Source: Amoeboradix gromovi X-113
Lineage: Eukaryota > Fungi > Sanchytriomycota
DNA: 16,345 nt
NCBI GenBank assembly: GCA_018985225.1
Contig: JADGIF010000163.1
Location: forward strand, 1 to 16,345
Direction of reading: 5' to 3'
Each line of letters opens with the position of its first letter. Positions within the stretch are counted from its first letter, which is position 1. Positions 1-8,382 of this stretch are shown here, in pieces. Below the pieces are notes generated by a model, which saw only the letters and a program-made list of their open reading frames with translations, was not told the DNA's origin and did no database searches. Position numbers and translations under genes: made by a program.

Positions 1-760
1 CCCAAGTTGTCTACACTTGAGAAGTGTGGGGTTTGAAATCTTCTTGATTTTCGAATTCTTCACATTTAACGTAGGCGAGATAAACAATAAGACACGGTGA
101 AAGAGCATAAAGTGATGTACTGTGGGTAAAGCAATAGTACAGTTTGGTATGCTGAGTAGGAAAGCGTTCACTCAGTAGAAATAATCAATGTTGCTTAACA
201 CTGAGTTTCGAACACCCAAAGAGTATTCTGCCGCCAGGGAAACATGGCAAGCACAGGAGCACTGAACCAAGTTGTGTCTGTCCAAGCTATTCCAGAGTTT
301 TACCAATGCCTTTAAGCAGTGAATACGCGTTAATATAGCTTCCGGGTTATAGAAAGTCTAGCTGATCATCATGACTGGCCGGACTGACAAGAAGAGAAAA
401 AGCAGCAAAGAATTGTCGCTTACAGCAAAGTCGATTGAGCATGAGACATTCTGCTCGGGAAGTCTACATTTTGAGGTATTTGTCCTAAAAAGTTTATCAA
501 GTTTTTGTAGTGTGTTCCACTGATATAGTTTAAAGGAGATATTTTATTTTTATGATGATTTTAGAGAACAAATATTAATTTGTAGGTATGATAGTAATTG
601 GAATCACCGTAATCAAATACGCTTGCAAGCTAGATACATACGAGTATCTGATACAGTTTACCAATCAATGAATTACGCAGGGTATGGCACCAATCAGCTG
701 GCATCATTCAATCTCATTACTTAAGGAGTCTCTTGAAACACAATTCTTGAGGAAATAAAA

Positions 761-1489
761 ATGGAGTCCATTGAAAATCTTATACACACTGCTAGTAAGT
801 TTCCAATATCTCCTACGTATGATATTGGTTATTTACAAAATGTACATCACAGTTCACCACAACTCTCACCAGCCACCCCTGAGGATAAATTGGTAAAACA
901 CAACAACGTGTGTCAGTGGAAGGGCTGCTATCAAAAATATGATTCTACTAAGGATTTGTTTGAACATGTCAAGGAACTCCATGTTGGCAGGAAACGAAAC
1001 GGACTTGTAAACCTTCAATGTTTCTGGTCAGAATGCAAAGCTGAATTTCCAAAAGTACTTTTTATACTTACTTAGCGGTATGATATAATATCTCATATTC
1101 ATGTCCATATTCCTTATGAACCTTATATCTGTGAAATCTGTAACAGAAACTTCAAGCGAAAAAGTGACATGGTCAAACATCAGAAACTAATCCATGTAAA
1201 TCCTATAGGCTCTCCAAATGATAACGATGTCTTTCTGAAAGTTCTACCTGGCAACAGATCACCATTAAGGATGCCATTGACACCTGTGGTATCAAGCGCT
1301 TCTCTTTCTCTTCCGGTTAGGCCTACATTCAGAGGTATACCATCTGTGGAACAATGTTATCCCGGTAGACAGATGATTAACAGGTCGGACTATAATTTGA
1401 ATGGCATAAATGTAAGGACGGACATACCATCTATCGAGTCAATACTGGGTGAGATAAAATCCAGATCCATCCGGATACAACTTGCATAG
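761..1489 (+). CDS. pacC: PacC/Rim101-like C2H2 zinc-finger transcription factor; exons 761-1054 and 1076-1489 (~235 aa)
   Basis: Splicing out 1055-1075 joins ORFs 761..1075 and 1169..1489 into three fingers: CQWKGC...LFEHVKELHVGRKRNGLVNLQCFWSEC...FPK|RYDIISHIHVHIPYEPYICEICNRNFKRKSDMVKHQKLIH. This matches the PacC pattern (HVGRK..NL.L.C.W..C; KRDHITSHIRVHVPLKP..C..C...FKRPQDLKKH). Confidence 0.85.
1055..1075 (+). other. 21-nt GT-AG spliceosomal intron
   Basis: GTACTTTTTATACTTACTTAG. It ends in an in-frame TAG, and its removal restores zinc finger 2. Confidence 0.9.
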
Positions 1490-2129
1490 TACAATAAACT
1501 TTATGATTTCTTTGACATCTACTTTCAAAAGTTACCTTGTCACTCCGTATGGGCCTCGTTCCTTTAGTCTTTTTTGCCATTCGGGCATCTCCCATATGTT
1601 CTAATAACTTTTTCAACTTGCTCTGTTAAAATAATTGAATAAGAAGTGATGATCGACTTCAATGGTCCAACCAGCACATTCATGGTCACTTAGTGCGACA
1701 GGAGAAATCAGATTTGATTTAAAGAATGATGTTTGGTTTCCGTAAATTATAATCTGATCCCATATGGAATTGTCACTGAAAACTTGATAAGCATTGTACA
1801 CCGAGTGCTCTTGGAACCACAGGACTAGATTCCTGTACTCTACCTACACCGCAATCGATTTTTAATTGAATAAAACACTTACAGCGATTAAACGAATTCT
1901 ATTCCAGATACTTTTTATTGAATAAAAATTGGATTAGACCCAAAGCAATGTTGAACCGCTTGGCAAAAGTTGTGAAATCTCGCCGTTTTCAAAATAAACA
2001 TCACAATAGTTGAAATTTAATGTCGTTTGGCCTGATTATTTGAATTCTATCGCTCATATAAACTATCTAAGTAGAATTATGCAATTGAATAAAATTCTTG
2101 ATGGCCCATTTATCGACTTTCAACATCAA

Positions 2130-2694
2130 TACGACTGTAATAATGGAAACAGTAATTCGGATAAAAGTGTTTTTGAAAGTTGACAAAGATACCTTAACTT
2201 TAGAAGAGATCATACGTCTTGATTGACGAAAGATACAACGTGGAACTAGAAGAGAAGTTTACTAGTATTGCCGCTCTTTTAGATCCAAACATTAGTAATC
2301 CAAAATCAATTGGATTAACTGGTGCCTTGTGACAAAGATTCCTGCAAAGCGTTATTTTATCGAGTCGTGTGTTAATACGATGATAACTCTGTATTTAAAC
2401 TCATGTGGGCATTTTGGTACAACCATATCATATCCACGTGTCAAAAGCATTTTGAAGCAAGAGTTGAAAACAGAGTACAATGTTATTGGGAATCAGGTAC
2501 ATAGCTCGAGTGACACGATTAATTGTTTCTGGAACAGATATAAAGAAACCAAACTCTACAGAATATATCAGATTTTTATCTACTATCAGACCCAGAGTCA
2601 GCGAAAAAGTTAAAGTTGGCAAAACAATAAGATTCGTTTGAATGATACAAAGAGATGAGCAAATCCATTTATTAAATACACCATGCTAGAGTGA
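2130..2694 (+). mobile_element. Degenerate hAT-like transposase relic (C-terminal part)
   Basis: Fragments across frames: IDERYN...IAALLDP (IAALLDP at 2267-2287; hAT A..LDP motif), DTINCFWNRYKETKLYRIYQIF (from 2512; like the start of the hAT dimerisation domain), and KIRLND...FIKY (~2630-2680). Several stops and frameshifts. Confidence 0.5.
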
Positions 2695-2916
2695 AATTAC
2701 CCTTGTAGTCAGATTTAATCCATTGAGCTGAATAGGTATTGAGATTAATCTAAAATTACACGACTACTTTGTCTGTTGCGTAACTGTAATTTATTGAGTG
2801 ATATAATAGCTTTCAAAATAAGATGCAGTTACTTCATCGTTGTGTTTCTTATCCAAAATAATCTGCCCCATTTAAAACCCACTTTTTAATTCCAGGTGGA
2901 GAACACGTTTATAAAA

Positions 2917-4038
2917 ATGGCCAGCTCCTTCAAAACTCATTTGATCGCTCTTAACTGGATGCTATTCTTTACTTTGTTGGCGCATGTTCTGGTGTTTGGT
3001 TTGCATAGTGCCAAAAGTACTTCAGGAGCTATTGCAGTAATAGATGCCGGGTCTTCAGGAAGCAGAGTGCATATTTTTAAATTAGTAAATAACAAGACGA
3101 TTACAGAGATCGGTGAAGGCCTGCATAAAAACCCTGGTCTCAGTAAAGTTTCCGACATTGAATGCTATCTAAAACCATTTGTGGAATACATATTAAATAC
3201 CGAAGGAAAAATTCCGGTTTACGTTTATGCCACTGCAGGTATGAGACTATTATCAGATAGTGAAGTTAAAGAGAAATTTGATGCAGTTACAAAATACTTC
3301 AAATCGTTTAATTTTCCGGTTTTCGAGATTCGAATTATCTCGGGAAATGAAGAGGGTTTATTCGGGTTTCTATCTACTATGGATCTCTCCGAAATATCTT
3401 CGGAGAAACTTGGATTTATTGACATGGGCGGCGCAAGTATGCAGATCTCATTTGTTGAAAGAAAAAAAGATTCAATGTTTGTAAATTTTGGCAAAGGCCT
3501 TTATGTATTCTCGGAGTCTTGGCTTAGGTATGGTAAGAATGAGGCCAAAATTCGTCACGAAGATTTTTTAACTAAAAACAGTAGTATTTGTGGTGTTTTT
3601 AATCCTTGCTCGCTTAGTTCTGGCCCTAACTTTTGCATTAAGCCAAAAATTAATATTCAGCAATGTAGATTTCACTTGCAGGAACTGGCGAGACAGAACA
3701 ATTGTACCACTTTGTGTCATTCTAATAACCCTATAAAAATACCAGATGGTTTACAGTGGTTCGGAGCAAGCGAGTTCCATTATGCACTGCACGAAACAGT
3801 TAAAAATAATATTGTGAACGTCAAAAGTACTAGAAGCCTGGTTGAGCAGAGGTGTAAGGTAGATATTACATTTGACTGTTTTGGAGCGATGTGGACACTA
3901 GAAATACTTAATATCTTGGGAATTACTGATATAAATATTTCATCAAAAATAAAAAATCAAGAAATAACATGGACTAGAGGGTTTGCATTTTATCATTTTT
4001 TTCAGCACGATTCTAATTTAATAAAGCATTTATCGTGA
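2917..4038 (+). CDS. GDA1/CD39-family nucleoside di/triphosphatase (apyrase) with N-terminal signal anchor
   Basis: Apyrase conserved regions: IDAGSSGSRVHIF, PGLS, ATAGMRLL, IISGNEEGLFGF, DMGGASMQISF, ITWTRG. Hydrophobic N-terminus. ATG 2917 (AAAAATG context) is preferred over GTG 2896. Confidence 0.9.
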   Translation: MASSFKTHLIALNWMLFFTLLAHVLVFGLHSAKSTSGAIAVIDAGSSGSRVHIFKLVNNKTITEIGEGLHKNPGLSKVSDIECYLKPFVEYILNTEGKIPVYVYATAGMRLLSDSEVKEKFDAVTKYFKSFNFPVFEIRIISGNEEGLFGFLSTMDLSEISSEKLGFIDMGGASMQISFVERKKDSMFVNFGKGLYVFSESWLRYGKNEAKIRHEDFLTKNSSICGVFNPCSLSSGPNFCIKPKINIQQCRFHLQELARQNNCTTLCHSNNPIKIPDGLQWFGASEFHYALHETVKNNIVNVKSTRSLVEQRCKVDITFDCFGAMWTLEILNILGITDINISSKIKNQEITWTRGFAFYHFFQHDSNLIKHLS

Positions 4039-4254
4039 TTACATGAAATTCACTGCTTCAACAGTTCTTGTTACCAGAGTTTTCCGATGAAATAAGAATG
4101 AGATTGCTTTCCTTGGATTGACAAATGTCTTTTAATCACTAATATCAAAGTATATCTTTTTAAAAGATCACTTGAAGATATATATCATGTTCTTCTGCAA
4201 TCAAAAACTAATCTAAAATGATATTACGGTTCAGCAAAGAAGGAAAGACATTGA

Positions 4255-4522
4255 TGGAATGAAGTATTTACTAGTTAGACATGTACAAGTTGTGGTACCC
4301 TAAAGAAAAGTAATTTGGAGAGTTGCACTTGTGCCAACTGTCATTTGGAAGCAGATAGAGTCCATATCGCAGCAATGAACATATATATCAAGTATCTGCA
4401 TCCTTATTCAATCCCGCCTCAGGGTAGCGAGAGCGTGAGCAATCACTGTAACGGAGCATCTGGCTCTGCTAGTTTTTCTGTGAAAGTTCTCGATTTTCTC
4501 GGAAATCAGGTCTTTTAACGAG
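4255..4522 (+). mobile_element. TnpB/Fanzor2-type element remnant: nuclease C-terminus plus element right end
   Basis: One frame reads WNEVFTS*TCTSCG...CANCHLEADRVHIAAMNIYIKY, equivalent to E(A)YTSKTCxxCG...CxxC...DRDxNAAxNI. In-frame TAG at 4276-4278. Segment 4355-4522 recurs at 9872-10038. Confidence 0.85.
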
Positions 4523-4542
4523 GAATAAAAAGCCAACTAATA
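4395..4542 (+). ncRNA. Putative omegaRNA/reRNA scaffold (to 4522) plus flanking guide, copy 1; 5' boundary uncertain
   Basis: Lies just after the RuvC-III motif. Contains the GTGA-GCAA-TCAC tetraloop hairpin (4435-4446), an enclosing stem 4425-4434/4463-4471 and a terminal hairpin 4483-4515. Homology with copy 2 stops after TTTTAACGAG. Confidence 0.6.
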
Positions 4543-4562
4543 AATTTTATTTATTTTCAAAC

Positions 4563-5741
4563 ATGGTTCGCTTGAGAACTCGGTCATCTTTCAAAAAAGT
4601 TCCAACATACTTGGAAGGTACTAGGACAGTAAACAAGAGCAAGCTTATTCCTATTCACGGACGTCAAAAAGAAATTGATTTTATATTGGAGAAATGTGTT
4701 AAGACAATTAAAAAGAAATCTAAACTATCATTATACATAAGTGGGCAGCCAGGACAAGGAAAAACATTGAGTGTAAATCACAGTATTCAGGAGATATTAA
4801 AAAAACACAGCAGAACAGAACTAAAATTTATTTCAGTAAACGGAATGACTACCAAAAAGGCTGAACAAATATTCGCACAAATGTGGAGAGAATTGACCGC
4901 TACAAAAACTAGAACTGGACATAAAATAGCATTAAAAAAACTGGAAGACTGGTTAGAACAGCCAAATAGACCCTTCTTATTGCTCTTGCTCGATGAGATT
5001 GATGGCTTACTAAACACTTCGCAGTCAACAATTTATCATATATTTGAGTGGATTCAAAAATATGATAGATTTATTTTGATATCTATTTCTAACACTTTCG
5101 ATTTGCCTGAAAAGGTGTTTAAACAGAAAATTGTTTCGCGCGTAGGCCATGAAAGACTGGATTTCAACCCTTACAAGTGTCAGGAACTGGTGGACATTGC
5201 CACGAAACATTTGATTAGATCTATAGATTCAAAAGAACTCGATGGCTCAGTTTACATCGAAGACTTGATATTTGATAAGCAGGCTTTAAAGCTTTGCGGA
5301 TCTAAAGTAGCAAGTATTACATCTGATGCACGTAAGATGTTGAATATTTGTGATATTATGATTTATATGGCTCAAGATCAAAAGATTGGGAGGATTGACA
5401 TGTCATTCGCAAACAAATGCCTGAAATCGATATTTGCGCAGCCTTGTGATCAGTTCTTGAAGTCTTCTATCGCTTTGAATCCTATGTATGAAAAAGTAAT
5501 AAATAGATTCATCGACCTTTGTGACATTAAAGGTTTAGTCGATTACCATGATATAATAACAATATTTTGGGATGTATATGCAGAGAATGGGCTCGAGTTT
5601 CCGGATGAATCTGTCATTCGACAGTATATCATGTTTCTGCTAAATACAAATGTTCTTCAAACTGATAAAAGCACCGCTTTGGATCACTACAGTAGATGCA
5701 AATATAGATGGAACGGCAGTTTGACATTCAATTTAAAGTAA
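4563..5741 (+). CDS. ORC1: ORC1/CDC6-family AAA+ ATPase, most like ORC1, lacking the N-terminal BAH region
   Basis: SLYISGQPGQGKT (Walker A), VNGM, LLLDEIDGL (Walker B), ISNTFDLPE, IVSRVGHERLDFNPY, SDARKMLNIC. The NTxDLPE/SRxG..R..F.PY pattern is ORC1-type. Confidence 0.8.
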   Translation: MVRLRTRSSFKKVPTYLEGTRTVNKSKLIPIHGRQKEIDFILEKCVKTIKKKSKLSLYISGQPGQGKTLSVNHSIQEILKKHSRTELKFISVNGMTTKKAEQIFAQMWRELTATKTRTGHKIALKKLEDWLEQPNRPFLLLLLDEIDGLLNTSQSTIYHIFEWIQKYDRFILISISNTFDLPEKVFKQKIVSRVGHERLDFNPYKCQELVDIATKHLIRSIDSKELDGSVYIEDLIFDKQALKLCGSKVASITSDARKMLNICDIMIYMAQDQKIGRIDMSFANKCLKSIFAQPCDQFLKSSIALNPMYEKVINRFIDLCDIKGLVDYHDIITIFWDVYAENGLEFPDESVIRQYIMFLLNTNVLQTDKSTALDHYSRCKYRWNGSLTFNLK

Positions 5742-5764
5742 ATAATTAATTTTTCAGCTGCCTA

Positions 5765-6018
5765 TGGGACACCAAATATAAAAACTAGACCAAGTCGTTT
5801 TTAAAGGAAGTGCTTCATAAGGAGGAAATACTGTTGTTAATAAAAGTCCTTCTTTCATTAATGTCATTCATCTCTTTCTAATATATGAGGTCTTTGAGAG
5901 TCTAAGCAAAAGGTGCAACCAACAAGAATAATTTAGTTTACTATCGTTTAATACACACTTGATATAATGATTCAAGCTGTCTCAGAGATTTAGTTTAGTT
6001 TTTATATTTGATGTCCCA
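5765..6018. mobile_element. MITE, ~254 bp, with 32-bp terminal inverted repeats
   Basis: 5765-5796 TGGGACACCAAATATAAAAACTAGACCAAGTC versus the reverse complement of 5987-6018 TGGGACATCAAATATAAAAACTAAACTAAATC, 28/32 identical. No ORF is called in the interior. A related end occurs at 16133. Confidence 0.85.
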
Positions 6019-6149
6019 ATTGTTTAAATCCGAAGATTTGAAATAACTCAATGTTTACATTCTAAAGTATAGACAATTTGGGTAGAAAAAGTTCAAGTAT
6101 ATTTTTGCCTGGGTTGATATCTATATGATGTTCGTGACCGTAACCGAAG

Positions 6150-6800
6150 CATTTGAATCTTCTCGAGTATATGCTTTATCTCGGTTAATAATTGCATTTA
6201 AACACTCAACGTTGAATACGCTGAACTGAAGAAACTTTGATAAACTTTAAATTCTTTTTATTTCGCATAATTTCAATAGGTTGCAATCCCTTGACTCCAA
6301 TTTTCCCCATATCCAAATCAGTTCTATTGCAAGGTGTAAATAAAAACAGCAAAAAATTATTATTTAAAGTACTGTTTCTCTTTTGGAATCTTTGACTAAG
6401 GCACAGTGATAAGATCTTCACATGACTGCATTTGGTCTTCTTTTCTTTCTGTAAGCTGCATAATTTTGCAAATTTTATTTGAATAACCCACAATGTTTAT
6501 GGACTCCTGATTAAAGTCCTGATATGTTAAAGAATCCAGAATTACCACAAAAAAATCGACAAGCTGGTACCTGAGTTACAATAGTTGCTCACATCTCCAA
6601 TGCCCTTTCGCGAGCTTGAATAAGTATTTACACTTCAATTGTGCTCCTTGCTGCCACATAGTCGCTACCGACTATCTGCTCTTCAGTGGATCTCAATTTT
6701 GGTGAGAGGTATCGTCGATTGTACTATCTGAAAAATTGAATTTTAATATGTGCCTTGAAAAAGAGTCTGTCAAAGACAGTGAAATAAACAAGATTTTCTA
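6150..6800 (-). mobile_element. Highly degenerate IS630/Tc1-related DDE transposase relic (fungal type); boundaries approximate
   Basis: Collinear fragments across frames: GHWRCEQLL (6605-6579), VILDSLTYQDFNQESINI, LCSLQKEKKTKCSHVKILSL, CFYL..IELIWIWGKLESRDCN (IELIW at 6327-6313). They parallel GYW..E.L / FDNSS.H / CC...L / FLPKFHCELNPIE..WG..K...R..C. Confidence 0.45.
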
Positions 6801-6982
6801 TTACTTTAACAATCATTTATTCCTATGCATGAGTTTTCTCGCTCTGATACTTCTTCTTACCAGAATTTGTAACTTAATAAAACAAGATGATATTGCTTTG
6901 TATTCTAAGGCAAATGCAGCAAGTCATCACAGCTAGAATAAGCCTAATCAATACCAAATTGCAGCCTCTTTATTTTTGAAAC

Positions 6983-8341
6983 ATGTCTGCAAATGGATTC
7001 ATCAACTTTGTGAACAAGTCATTAACACCGTTCCACGTAGTAAGTGAAATGGTATCTCGACTGGAAGCGTGTGGATTTAAAAGCCTTAAGCAACATGCAA
7101 AATGGAAATTAGATGTTTTTAGCAAATATTATGTCACTATTAATTCTAGTTGCATTATTGCATTTACCACTGGTGATAACACTAATCATGTATTTTCAAT
7201 GGTTGGCGCGCACACTGATAGTCCTTGCTTACGTCTGAAGCCGAACTCGTTTAAGCAAAAAGAGAATTATTCTCAGCTTGGTGTCCAATTGTATGGCGGT
7301 GGTTTATGGCACACATGGTTCGACAGAGATCTGGGGCTGAGCGGCAGAATATTCATTAGATCTGCTAACGGCGGTTTAATGCAGAAATTGGTTTCAATCA
7401 ATGAGCCGATACTTAAAATTCCTAACCTAGCCATTCACCTATCGGACAGATCTGTCAAAGATTCTTTTTCATACAATACGGAAACGCATCTGGTGCCTAT
7501 TCTCTCTGCTCAGTCGGATGAAGAATTGTTTAACACTCCAAAGGTCTTGATGAATTTGATAGCCCAACACGCTAATGTTAAGCCTGAAGATATCGTGGAG
7601 ACTGACTTATATTTACACGATGTGCAGCCATCTGTTATTGGTGGCATTCAGAAGGATTTAGTCTTTGCGCCTCGCTGTGATAATCTTGGAATGACTTACT
7701 GCGGACTCGAAGCTTTGATTCAATTTGCGCAGTCTAGCGAGTTTAAAACATCCAAAAGCGTTAATCTGTTAGTATGCTTTGATAATGAAGAAGTTGGATC
7801 TTTGAGTGTGGCTGGTGCTGATTCTCAAAGGATCCAAAATGTTTTAGCAGAAATAGCTTTTGCACTCGAATGGCCATTTGAACAAGCTATGAGTAAGAGC
7901 TTTTTTATTTCTGCAGATATGGCTCATGCAGTTCATCCTAATTATGCCGATAAGCATGAATTGGACCATAAACCAAAGATGAATAAGGGCGTGGTGCTAA
8001 AGTACAATGCTAATCAGAGATATGCAACTAATGGACTAACTGCTTCCATTCTCAAGGAGTGTGCGCATAAATACCAATTGAAGAACAAAGATGAGCCCAT
8101 ATTACTGCAGTCCTTTGTAGTGCGCAACGATTCGGCTTGTGGATCGACCATTGGACCTATCACAGCCGGCCAACTAGGAGTGCATACGATAGACATTGGA
8201 TGTCCTCAATTAGGGATGCATTCTATCAGAGAGACCATGGGAACAGAAGACATTGTATACGCAGTGAGACTCATTAAGTCTGTATTTATAAACTACCCTG
8301 GTCTTTCAGAGGCATGGGACCTAGACTCGTTAAGTAAATAA
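6983..8341 (+). CDS. DNPEP: Aspartyl aminopeptidase, peptidase family M18 (DNPEP/Ape4)
   Basis: TPFHVV, GAHTDSPCL, YGGGLWHTWFDRDL, IPNLAIHL, RCDNL, FDNEEVGS, SADMAHAVHPNY, NANQRYATN, CGSTIGP, MHSIRE. Confidence 0.97.
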   Translation: MSANGFINFVNKSLTPFHVVSEMVSRLEACGFKSLKQHAKWKLDVFSKYYVTINSSCIIAFTTGDNTNHVFSMVGAHTDSPCLRLKPNSFKQKENYSQLGVQLYGGGLWHTWFDRDLGLSGRIFIRSANGGLMQKLVSINEPILKIPNLAIHLSDRSVKDSFSYNTETHLVPILSAQSDEELFNTPKVLMNLIAQHANVKPEDIVETDLYLHDVQPSVIGGIQKDLVFAPRCDNLGMTYCGLEALIQFAQSSEFKTSKSVNLLVCFDNEEVGSLSVAGADSQRIQNVLAEIAFALEWPFEQAMSKSFFISADMAHAVHPNYADKHELDHKPKMNKGVVLKYNANQRYATNGLTASILKECAHKYQLKNKDEPILLQSFVVRNDSACGSTIGPITAGQLGVHTIDIGCPQLGMHSIRETMGTEDIVYAVRLIKSVFINYPGLSEAWDLDSLSK

Positions 8342-8382
8342 TAAATAGTACAATTATTAATGAATGTAAAATGATTTATTGA

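Noticed and set aside
1073-1075. Alternative genetic code (TAA/TAG = Gln) to explain in-frame stops
   Set aside because: Long conserved genes contain no internal TAR codons and several end at TAA/TAG in the expected place. A 21-nt intron explains this stop.
1431-2001. Possible minus-strand gene (MFILKTARF..., a GTAAGT donor-like site, ORFs 1613..1801 and 1431..1616), faintly like a sliding-clamp protein N-terminus
   Set aside because: It needs two in-frame TAA stops and a frameshift, and has no diagnostic motif. Left unannotated; it may be a pseudogene.
4039-4221. Possible C-terminal transmembrane extension of the apyrase (IAFLGLTNV...VYLFKRS)
   Set aside because: It cannot be joined without unsupported frameshifts or non-consensus introns.
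4315-4518. ORFs 4315..4518 and 9844..10041 as small paralogous protein genes
   Set aside because: They are better explained as the TnpB/Fanzor tail reading into the structured right end. The two copies change frame relative to each other.
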